Of a stretch of DNA of 64,000 nt, positions 38,121-64,000 are shown one piece after another. Position numbers and translations under genes: made by a program. Below the pieces are notes generated by a model. The model made no database searches. It was not told the DNA's origin and was given only the letters and a program-made list of their open reading frames with translations. How positions within the stretch are numbered: position 1 is the stretch's first letter; every line of letters begins with the position of its first letter. The stretch lies in the NCBI RefSeq assembly GCF_009914755.1, contig NC_060941.1. One strand, written 5' to 3'. The stretch comes from the human T2T-CHM13v2.0 reference genome, Homo sapiens.

Positions 38121-39322
38121 TGCCTGTCTCGGGACTGTGGATAGGGTGGCGGCCCGGCCCCCTTCACCCTGCAGCGTGCCTCGCTCACCCTCCTGAAAAG
38201 GGAGCGGGGCCCTGTTCTGGGCAGAGCCACCCATCCCAGGTCTTATCTCGGCCTGGCTCTGGTTTGCCTTCAACTCCCGCCCTCCTCCCGACACGCTGAA
38301 TTATGTACCCACTCCAGGTCCCTCCAGCACGCCAGGATCGCTCTCAGCTGAGAAGTGGGCGGCCCCTTATTGGAATAGCCTTTCAGCTTTCATCTGCCTC
38401 GCTGGGCCCCTGGAGCAGGCCTGGCTGGGAATGCCGTGCTAATTAGGCCGCCACATTCTCAGGGGGCCTTGTCGGAGCCACCCCCAGCTCCCCTACCCTC
38501 TGCCCATCGGGTCTCCGGTCTCCTTGCTGTGAAGGTCTCGCATGGGGTGGGGGCTGGACGCTGGCACTCTGACAGCTCTGGACCCACGTACTGCCCAGGC
38601 TTGAGACCGGCCCCCGTGGCAGCACATTGCAGTGGGATGACCTTGGGACAGGCGCTCAGTCCTGAGGTCTGGGAACTGCGGGTCAGAGCGGCTGGCTCCT
38701 CAGGTGCACTCAGTGGGACAGGGCTGGTTGTACGGGTGGCCCTCCCTAAGCCGTGATGATTACGTTACTGCTAGTGTTACCAGAGGGAGCTGCCCCCACT
38801 CCTGCTTAGGGCTCTCCCAACCCCCAGTGGACCCTGGACCCTGGATTTCACTCCACCCACCCTGATGCACCCAACCCGCCGCAGAAAGACCTGACATATC
38901 AGATGCCGAGAAGGGGCTTTAGCCCAGGGCTGAGGGTCCCTGCCAGGCTACGGCTGCAGGTGGAAACAGCGCACTGACCTCTCTACTGGGCCCTCTCTCC
39001 CCATCGAGCCAGCCCCACCTGGTCCTGGCAGTGCTCTGCAGGAAGCCCAGGGCCCGTGGCCTCTATTTCCACCTCCTGTAGCCCCTGCTTTCCAGGGCTC
39101 ATAAAATGTGTCCCGTTATGCAAATTTGCTCCCAGGTTTGGGGGCCCCAGAACCTGAGTTGTGGCAGCGCAGACTCCAGGGCTGAAGGCCGAGGGCTTCT
39201 GAGAGCTTGCCCTTCCCAGGAGGTTTCAGTGAAGGCTCTGGGCCCTGCGTCTGAGCTTGGCACCTTGTGGAGCCAACTGCCCCTCCCCCAAAGCTACAGC
39301 TAATTGTGGACCACCCACTGCC

Positions 39323-39412
39323 GGACAGGCAGACAGGCAGACAGGCAGACACAGGCAGACAGGCGGACACAGGCGGACGGGCAGACACAGGTGGACGGGC
39401 GGACGGGCGGAT
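39323..39412. repeat. GGCAGACA/GGCGGACG degenerate 8-10-bp repeat
   Basis: Read directly from the sequence. Confidence 0.9.
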
Positions 39413-39571
39413 GGGCCCACCAAGTCCTCAGTGATACCATAGGTGTGTTTAGTGGGGCAGGGGTTACCTCCGTGGCGACGAGACCGTCCTCGGTGGCAAA
39501 TGTCTGTTTGTGATGCCTGCCTGGGGGTCCAGGAGGGGTGTGAGGGGGAGGGCGTGGGGTGGGGACCTACT

Positions 39572-40180
<609 letters not shown>

Positions 40181-40419
40181 AAGACCCACTGTTCTTGAAG
40201 GCCCTGGTGCTCACGGGCAGGCCAAGGTGTCAACAATGCAAAACAGGAGCTGGGAGCCTGCCTTTGAGAAGCAGGTGCAGAACGCCCTGCCAGGGTCCTT
40301 GTTCCCCAGCCCCGAAGACCCGCCCCTTCCCTGCGATCAGTGAAAGGCATTCAGAACCGGCATCTAGAGCTCTGAGCGCAGCCCAGATCCTGTCCATCAC
40401 CCGGTTCTGAATCTATCCC

Positions 40420-42700
<2,281 letters not shown>

Positions 42701-43012
42701 AGATCGAATGTGAGTGAGGTGGGGGAGCCAGGACAGGCGGGTGGTGCTGAAATCACGAGGGACTCAGAATTCTAATGGCTCAGGGACAGCAGGACGGCTG
42801 AGGCTCTGCTCCAGGACCTGGGCTGAGAGGGCACCCTCTACCCAGAAGCTGCTGCTCTCCTAGCAGAAGGGAAAGACTTGTGCACGTGGCCCTTGCCCTT
42901 TTGTTTCAAACGACACATGTCTCTCCTGCTCACATTTCATTGGTCAAAGTAAGTCACGGGGTCCAGCTGCCATCATGCACGAATACCCCCAGGGGAGTTT
43001 GGGGAATAGTGA

Positions 43013-44198
<1,186 letters not shown>

Positions 44199-44199
44199 T

Positions 44200-48995
<4,796 letters not shown>

Positions 48996-50343
48996 CCAAA
49001 GCGAAGTGATTTGTCCAAAATGGTGGAGTCAAGATTCAAACAAGATTGCCGTGGCATCCGACCGTGGGAGGAGACATCTCTCTCCTTAGAGGCCGCTGCT
49101 GCACAGAGACCCCTCTCCCAGCATCGGCCCCCGCCAGTGCCCCACCAGGCACCCCGTCCCCACCTCCCATGAGCCGTGTCTTTGCTCCCTTGCCAATAAC
49201 TTCATTCCTCCCCTGTTTTCATTATTAATTCCCTCTTCTTGTGCTTCACACTCATGAGGCCGGGGAAATGGACAAGGCGGTTGGGGAAGGAAGTGGAAAT
49301 TCTGTGTAATACCATCATCGGTATCACAAAACTTGTCTTAAGTGCCAGCCCCAGGGATTTGCTGGAGTTGGCACGACAGAGGTGGGGCTGAAGGTCAGAT
49401 TAAATTGGACTAGTAACCCCAGGGGATACTTGAAAGAGGTTGCTAAAGAAACAGTTCCGGCAGGATCGTGCAGCAGCTGAGGCAGGCAGCTGGCAGCAGC
49501 GTGCGGGCCGGCCGGCCAGATCAAGCCTGCTTAGCAGGGCTTGCTGGTGACAGGCCTGGGTTCACACGTCCTCCTCCGGAAGCCTGAAATCTTGCCTTTT
49601 CCCCCCAATAATGAGTTGGTATAAAAATGGATCTTGAATAAAATTGTCTGCAGTTTTCAAATTTCAAACTGCATTAGTCAAAATATATCAAATTTCCATG
49701 TACTGACTTACCACCTGCTCAAAATCTGATCCTTTTTCAGCTGGAATATATTGAAATATGAATCACCTCCTGAGAGGCAAAAGGGAAAAGACGCGGAGGG
49801 TGAGGCCCTCTCAAAACACGCCGGTGGGCGAGCGGGAATCCTGGGCTCCGCTGGGCTCCCCCGGCCTCCACCTGACAATGGCTCCTTTTATTTCCGGGGT
49901 GGCCCAGGCCTCTTGGCCACTTCCCTTGATCCTAGGTTTCTGGCTGAGACCCTTATACTCTGGGCAGTCTATGGCACACAGTGCAGAAACTAATCATTTC
50001 ATGCCTCTGGCCTTTAATAAGCACCTACTATGTGCTGGGTGCTCAGACTCACCAGAGAGGCAGTCCTATCATGGTATTGCTGAATCTAATAGTGTCTTCT
50101 TCATCCTAATCTGCTCACCTTGGCAGCACTGGACACAGTTGGCCCTCCCCTCTGGAAACTCTTTCTTCTCTTCTCTTCAGAGACCTGGCTCTGTCGTCTT
50201 GTCTGCCTTGCTGCCTGCTTCTTCTTGGTCTGCTCTTCCCGGCCTGATGACCACATATACCTAAATCCCCAGAGCTCAGCCCTTGAAACTTCTCTCTTCT
50301 GTAGTCACACCTGTCCCCAGGTGAGCTTGTCCAGGCCCAAGTC

Positions 50344-51930
50344 TTTGTTTTGTTTTGTTTTGTTTTGAGGCAGAGTCTCACTGTGTCACCCAGGCTGGAG
50401 TGTAGTAGCACGATCTCGGCTCACTGCAACCTCCACCTCCCATGTTCAAACGATTCTCACACCTCAGCCTCCTGAGTAGCTGGGATTACAGGCACCCGCC
50501 ACCACGCCCAGCTAATTTTTGTATTTTTAGTAGAGACGGGGTTTCGCCATGTGGGCCCAGCTGGTTTCGAACTCCTGACCTCGTGATCCACCCACCTCGG
50601 CCTCCCAAAGTGCTGGGATTACAGGCGTGAGCCACCGCGCCCAGCCAGGCTCAGGTTTTAAATACCATCTTCATAGGGGTGGGGATTAGACATGTGTTCT
50701 GGCTCTAAACTGCAGACCAGTCCACCCGCCTGCCCGCCTGGCACTGCCACGTTAGTATCTAATAAGCAGCTCAAACTCCGACTGTCCTGTGTTCACCGTG
50801 TAGGCTTCCCTGTCTCAGCAGGTGACACCTGTAGCATTTCGGCTGCTCAAGCTGGAAATGCAGGTGTTATTCTCCATTCTTCCCTTTCCTTCATCATCTC
50901 TTCCTTTAATCCACTAAGTCCCACTGGCCCCACCGTCAAAATACATCCCAAATTCACATCACCCCGCCCCCACCACCCCCACCCTACCCTGGGCCACTCT
51001 CTTCTGTTCCCTGGACCTCTGCCGTGGCCACCCTCACTGGTCTCCCTGTTTATATTGCAGCCCCATCACCACCCACAGCCTAAGCACAGCCAGAAGGATC
51101 TTCAAAAACAGTAAGTGCTATCATGTTACTTTCCTGCTCGAAATCTTCAGTGGCTTTCCATTGCACCAGAATAAAATGCAGGCTGCTCACCAGCCCACGT
51201 CGCCCTCGTGAGCGGCCCCACCTCCCTCTCCAGCCCCGTCCTGCGCCACTCTTCACAGCGCTAGCTGCACTGGCCTCTGTTCCTAGACCACAGCGAGCTC
51301 ATTCTTGCCTTGGAGGCTTTGTTTTCTTGTAAAATATACACATTTTTATTACAAATAAATAACTAAAAGTTAACATTTTAAAGCGTACAATTCACTGGCA
51401 CGCAGCATATTCGCAACTATCATCACTATCTGGCTCAGAACGTTTTCCTCACCCCAAAAGGAAACTCCATCCCCCTTAGCAGTCACTCCCCATTCTCCCT
51501 CCCCCAGCCCCTGGCAAACACTAATCTGCTGCTCTCTGTCTCTGTGGATTGGCCTCTTCTGGATATTTCATACAAATGGATCATAGCACGTTGGCCTCGG
51601 AGTTTTCACACTGACGGTTCCCACGGGGCCCTCTCTGCCCCAGGCCTTTGGGGGACCATCTCCTTCTTAACATTTGTCTTGGCTCAAAAGTCACCTCCCT
51701 GTCTCCAGCCGATGCCCACGGCCCCTCTGCTCCCGGCCACTCTCAATGTCATAAGGACCCAGCCCTATTTATTTCCCTTTCAGCACCTAACACTCTCTGA
51801 GAGCACCTTGCTTAATTGTTTGTTTACACATTTATTGTCTTTCCCCTTGTCGCTCCCTGTGATATCCCCATCCCCGGGACAGGGCCAGGCACCCAGGTAG
51901 TGCTCAGCAATTATTTGTGGATTGAATGAG
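50344..51930 (-). mobile_element. Alu 50344-50646 followed by an L2 relic with an inserted L1M fragment (~51335-51590)
   Basis: L1M-like catcactatct...accccaaaaggaaactccatcccccttagcagtcactcccc; L2 tail ggcacccaggtagtgctcagcaattatttgtggattgaatga. Confidence 0.75.
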
Positions 51931-52386
51931 CCGGTTCACTATCAAGCACTCGGATGAAGCCATCTACAAAGATAAAGAAACAGCCAAGGAAGGAAGAAAG
52001 CGGTGCTGCTGGGGAGGGGAGGAGTAACCAGGAAAAGTCACGAAGGGAAGGGGGGCCTGGAAGGATGACTAGAAGCTCAGCTGGCCTTCGGGGTGGAAGG
52101 GGCATTGGAGGACGACGGGGCAGGGCATTCCAGGCAGAAGGAACCGCATGGGCGGAGGCCTGGAGGCGCGAGAGAGGGAGACAGCAGTCACGGTAGGAGT
52201 CACGTGACGGCCTCTCTAGTTTGCAATTTGTCCCCTAATTGATTGGCATTCACTGGCCTCCCACAGAGAGAACATTTAACACAGGTCTGGGAGTTGGGTT
52301 TGATACAACACGTAAGGGACTGAGAGGAAAGAAAGGGTGGAGTCTCTTTTGTTCGTTTCTTCTTCCCTCCTCCCACTCTTGTCCTA

Positions 52387-54817
<2,431 letters not shown>

Positions 54818-54914
54818 TGCCCTTGGGAGTTCTAATGGGGAGGAGGTCCTGGAGGCAGGTGGGAGTCACTTGAGAAAAGCGTTCTGGGGTCTCAAGCCTC
54901 CGGAACAGTCTGGG

Positions 54915-56260
<1,346 letters not shown>

Positions 56261-58436
56261 GTTGGTCTTGAGTGGGGAACACAGGCTCTGGGTGGGTCCA
56301 TCTCCCTGGCCCCATGGACTTACTGTCCTTTGGGGTGGGAAGCAGCAGGAAGCAGGCCAGAGTGGGCCCCCCTCTGAAACACCCAGTTACCGTGGAGGAG
56401 CAGGGCAGGCCAGGAGCCCCGAATGGGTCTGGGCGACCCTCAGGGGTGCAAAGGAGAGTTGGCTCAAGGTAGAGGTGGTCTGGGGCCTCTCCCAGTTCAC
56501 TTTCCAGGTAAAGACCCCTGGCCCCGCCAGGCCCCCACTGCCCTCAGCGCTGACCGACACCTGTCCAGCCCATTTTTGCGGGAAGTCTAGCTCCTCAGCC
56601 CCAGGACTCTCCGCCCTCGTCTGGGCTCTGTATAGCAAAAGGCCATGTGCCTGTGGTGAGGACTATGGCTTCTGCCTTCCCCCCACCCCTGAGAGGGATG
56701 GCTCGCTCTCTTTCCCTGCTTCAAAGCCCAGAACACCCTCTCAGGCTCCCCACTAAAGCTCCTGCTTCCAGCTCAAGAACAGGGCAGGCTCGCTGACACA
56801 GCCAAGACAAGCACATCACGAGCGGCTCTGGAGCTAAGGAAGGAGCCCAGCCTCCTGCTCAGGTCAACAGCCCCCCGCCCACCTCCCTGCCCCTCTGTGA
56901 TGGCTCATTATTCCGGTATTCCCAGGAGACAGATGGAATTTTCCCCACCAGCGCCTAATTACATTCCAACTCGACGTGGTACAGTGACATGTGTCCAAGC
57001 CGCGTACGATTCCCAGTGTGACTGAGAGCTGAACACTCTGCAAAAGGGTCCAAATGGGGATGTTTCAGTCTTGAGGTGTGTGTTGAGCTGTTACCTGGGG
57101 AGGCCCTGGGGCGAGGCCCCCTCTCCTGTCAGGAGCAAGCCCCATCTGGAACTAATAGAACTCAGCCTAAGGCTACAGCTGGGCAGGCAGAAGATGCTTC
57201 AGATGGAAACCGATGGAGGGAGGGGGTGTAGGAAAAGCATTCCCTGAGGGCCTGTCCCAAGGGAGGGAGAGGATTCTGACCCGGAATCCAAGGAGCAGCC
57301 TAACTTCCCTGGACAGGAGTGCTTCCCAGCGCTCAGTGGAGCGATCTCAGCGTGCTCCTAGCCTAGGAGAGTCCCTGGGCTGGGGAAGGGCAGTCTCTGT
57401 CTTGGGGTTCCCTGTCTGTGTGGCCCGAAGTTCCAGGGACTGCCCCCACCCACTAACATAGCCAAGGGTCTGATGTTGGGTGTGGAGGCTCCTAGAGGAC
57501 ACAGAGATCCTCTGCCCTCTGCTTCTCTCCAGAACCGGTTCTGTCATCCTGTGATGGGAATGGAGCCACTACTGGTTCCTGGTTTAACATTTTACCTAGT
57601 TCCGGCATTGCCACCACCAAAGCTCTTCTCCACTGAGGGCTTCCCAGCTTCACCCCCTCCCTCACTGCCTTCAGGGGCCCTTCCAAACCTCGCCCAGTCT
57701 CTCCCTACCTCACCTCCAGGCCTGGCCCCTGGCCTTCCCAGCATCCTCACACATCCCTCCCAGAATTATGGGCCCTCTGCCTCTGGTCCCATTCTCTCAC
57801 TGCTCCTGACCCCGAGGTCTCAATTCAAATGATTTCAGAGGCCACGCAGGAAACAGAAGAGGCTAAAGTGGGCAGGGAGGTGGTACAGGTGGCAACCCAG
57901 GAGCCAGGCCCCTCTGCAGGCCCCAGGCTCCCGCCGCTCCTCCCCAGAAGGAAGAGGGGGCCCTGGGTTATCAATTCTTTGGATTTTGCCAGAGGCTGGG
58001 AATCAGGATTTTCGCATGCAATTGGTTGGCAGCAAATTCGACAAAACAAACAAAACAAACAAAACACTGTGTGGGCCAACACAGCTCCACCTGCAGCATG
58101 GATTCCGCCGGAGGCCAAGGCTTCTGACAGCTGCCTTCCTGGTCTAGATGGCCCCCTCAGCATCCTCAGCTCCCCGCCCCCGCTACCCACCACGCCTCGC
58201 CGTCTGTCTGTAGACTCAGATCAAGCCTCTCCCCTTGAACCACAAAACCCGCCCAACCCAAATCTCCCTGCAGCCACTGCCTCACTCTCCTGCCCTTCAC
58301 AGGCAAACTTCTCCAAAGGCCGCCTCCTCCCTGGCCTCTCCCTCTTCGAGCCCTACACCTGGAATTCTACCCCTCCTCCCAGACAGCCATGCAGACTCCT
58401 GCTGTTGCCCAAGCCCAACACTTTCCAGTCTCTCTC

Positions 58437-58760
<324 letters not shown>

Positions 58761-59426
58761 TGAGGTCAAAGTCCCCTTGAAATCTCCCCCTCTCGGTTTC
58801 CTTGACACAACGCCCACCCGGGACCACTCCAACTTTCCTGGACGTTCCTTCTCAGCCCCTGGCATGGGCACCTCTTCTCATTTTACCCACAGCCCGTGGG
58901 AGCCACCGTGACCTGTGCATATACTGGTGGCTCCAGATTCCCCTGATCTCAGCACTCTGCCGACTCCAAGTCCGAACTGCTTTCCGCACAGGTCCTCTGG
59001 AATCTCCTGGAGGCTGCCCCCTCAGCATTCCCCAAATGAAAAGCACCCCGTCCAAACCCTTTCCCTCTTCCTGGGCCACCCTCTCAGTGACTACCACCGC
59101 CTCCATCTGCCAGAAACCCAGGACGCTGCCTTCTCCTCTCCCCTTGAGTCGGGTTCACCAAGTCCCATAGCTCGGGCCGGCCGTCCTCTCTCCTGACAGA
59201 TCAGCTGCCTCCTCACTCATCTCCTGCCTTTGCCTGGCCCCACTCCCCCTTCTCTATCGGAGTTTTTCTAAAACTCAGCTCCGATGGTGTCACTCCCAAT
59301 TTCTGTGACCCTTCTTGCAGGAGGATTTCTGACTCTGCCCTGGGCTCGAAGCCAACACTCATCTGCAGTCAGGAGCTCAGTGCACTCAGGAGCTAATGTC
59401 CCCTGCATGTGCCATGTTCCCTCCCG

Positions 59427-59540
59427 TCCCCGGGCCTGGGGTCACACCATCCCCTCTCCCTGGGATGCCCCTCCTTCCTGCACATCCCCGGGCCTGAGGT
59501 CACCCGTCCCCTCTCCCTGGGATGCCCCTCCTTCCCGCAC
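59427..59540. repeat. ~58-bp tandem duplication
   Basis: tccccgggcctg(g/a)ggtcac...tcccctctccctgggatgcccctccttcc at 59427 and 59485. Confidence 0.9.
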
Positions 59541-59678
59541 CTGCCTGGCTCATTGCACGTATTCTTTGAACTTGGCACAGGCTAAGGGGATTGTCCCCCT
59601 TTGGGGCTTACCCAGAACACTGTTCATTCGACCTGGCCTCATAATTGTCAGTTTACATGTAGGTATCTATCGCCGAGT

Positions 59679-61385
<1,707 letters not shown>

Positions 61386-61863
61386 TTCCTTCCCCGCTGA
61401 CACTGTGTTCTTGGTCTCTGTGCCCTCGGCATCTAGCAGGGTGCCTGTCCGAGTCAGTGCTCAGCAACACCTGATAATCAAGGGACTGGAGGGAAGGACG
61501 GTGGGTCCGACAGATGGACAGAAGGGCTCCACACTGGCTCCCCTGCCCCCAGGCTCCTACCACCCTGTTTAGTTCACATAAACACGGCTCTCTGCTGCCT
61601 AACACTCCTCTATTTTTAAACCTCTCAAGCAGTGAGTGGTGCTTAACATTTTTTGAATCAGGGACCCCTTAAGGAATCTCATGAAAGCTGTAGGAGACCC
61701 TCTCCCTAGAGAAGCGAGCCTACACATAATCACTCACACTTCTGCAGTATATTAATGACGGCTGCCCTTGACTAAGATCTTACCACGTGCCAGTGACTGT
61801 GAAGGCACATTGTGTACATTACCCGACCTCTTACCCCAAACATCCTGCAAGGTAGATGCTACT

Positions 61864-62218
61864 CAGTATGGTTTGGCTCTGTGTCCCCACCCAGATCTCA
61901 TCCCTTATTGTAATCTCCATGTGTCGAAGGGGGAGGTGATTGGATGATGGAGGCAGTTTCTCCCTTGCTGTTCTCGTGATAGTGAGGGAGTTCTCATGAG
62001 ATCTGATGGTTTATACGTGTTTGACAGTTCCTCCTTCACATGCTCTCTCCCCTGTCGCCTTGCGAAGAAGGATGTGTTTGCTTCCCCTTCCGCCATGATT
62101 GTAAGTTTCCTGAGGCCTCCCCAGTCACGCAGAACTGTAGGTCAATTAAACCTCTTTCGTTTATAAATCACCCAGTCTCAGGTGTTTCTTTACAGCAGTG
62201 TGAAAACGGAGTAATACG
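61864..62218 (+). mobile_element. THE1-family (THE1D-like) MaLR solo LTR inserted in a MIR
   Basis: tatggtttggctctgtgtccccaccca...ccatgattgtaagtttcctgaggcctcccca...caattaaacctcttt; 5-bp TSD CTACT at 61859-61863 and 62219-62223. Confidence 0.93.
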
Positions 62219-62337
62219 CTACTATTTGTTCAGTTTTATAGATGAGGAAGCTGAGCCTCAAAGAGGTGAAGGAATAACTAGAAAGAGGTAGAACTGAGGC
62301 TCTGAGCAGGAAGGTCTAACTGCAAAGCCACGTACTT

Positions 62338-63165
<828 letters not shown>

Positions 63166-63871
63166 CTAGAGTCCTACTTCCTGTTCTAAACACCCGGCCT
63201 GGCTTCAAGGCCCTGAATAAGCCAGAGTGATAACTCTGTGCCCCCTCTTAGATTTCTGGCCGCTCTCAGGCCACCCCTCCTGCTCCCTTCAGCCTGGCCA
63301 CCCTTGACCCTTCCCGCTTTGCGGCCCCTCCCCTGCAACGCCCTCTCTACCCTCTGTCTCCACCCTAAGGTCAAGTCTCCCTTCTCCCTGGAGATTTCCT
63401 CGACCCTAGCCTGCCCCAGACTCGTGCCTGTTTTCCCGCCCACGTGGAGCTCTCATCATTTCCTGAGTAAAAGTGAACTTCCCGACTCAGCCGCAAGTGC
63501 CTCGAGAGCAGAGACCCATCGTCCACGTCCTTCTCACTTTCCAGACAGGCACTGGCATCAACGCTAACTGTTCACAGACTCCTCCACAGGCCCATTTTCT
63601 ATGCGATTCTGTTGTTTCCTGAATCCTCAAACCCAAAGACTAAATGAACCTCCAGAGGGGACCAGGCCAGAGAGAGCCTGGCTGGAGCTGGACTTCTCTC
63701 CTCTCTGCAGATGAAGCAGCGGCCGAAATGAAATGCAGAGTCCGACCCCCACCTGCTGCTCCAGCGGGGATATCAGGTGTCATCTGTTTCTTTCTTTTGC
63801 ATTCTCAGTGGATACCATGTTGCACGAAATCTGTGGCTGCTTTTGTTTCCCAATAACAACAAATAAAGACT

Positions 63872-64000
63872 AGGCTGGGCACGGCGGCTCATGCCTGTAA
63901 TCCCAGCACTTTGGGACGCTGAGGCAGGCACATCACTCGAGATCAGGAGTTCAAGACCGGCCTGGCCAACATGGCAAAACCCCGTCTCTACTAAAAATAC
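63872..64000 (+). mobile_element. Alu left arm, runs off window
   Basis: ggctgggcacggcggctcatgcctgtaatcccagcac... Confidence 0.93.

Noticed and set aside
37072-38299. Cys/Val-rich and His/Thr-rich ORFs that look metal-binding
   Set aside because: Translations of the TG/CA repeat.
62116-62129. PRDM9 hotspot motif in the THE1 LTR
   Set aside because: The sequence is CCTCCCCAGTCAC, which misses the CCNCCNTNNCCNC consensus at two positions.

Overview
Primate, most likely human, genomic DNA that is GC-rich and very Alu-dense. The only protein-coding sequence I can support is the large terminal coding exon of RTN4RL1 (Nogo-66 receptor 3, NgR3) on the minus strand: CDS 28589-27277, then a ~1.8 kb 3' UTR ending after an AATAAA at 25483-25478. 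Everything from 28590 to the window end (~35 kb) is RTN4RL1 intron 1; the short first exon lies outside the window. Bases 1 to ~25450 are downstream/intergenic sequence; from memory the locus is 17p13.3 with RPA1 to the left, which this window cannot confirm. The rest is roughly 50 Alus (many nested, inverted or with clear target-site duplications), MaLR/ERV LTRs, L1/L2/MIR relics, DNA-transposon relics, several tandem repeats and short unique islands rich in transcription-factor motifs. Nearly all other ORF-track entries are Alu or low-complexity artefacts. I found no convincing novel multi-gene system. The best second-look items are small-scale: a 28/31-bp minisatellite with a higher-order length pattern, a 13-bp triplication that creates three PBX-MEIS-like plus HIF sites, a candidate Alu 3' transduction of an LTR fragment, repair or duplication scars inside Alus, two orphan plus-strand poly(A) signals, and several candidate enhancers. 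Repeat subfamily names and repeat boundaries are by eye and approximate.
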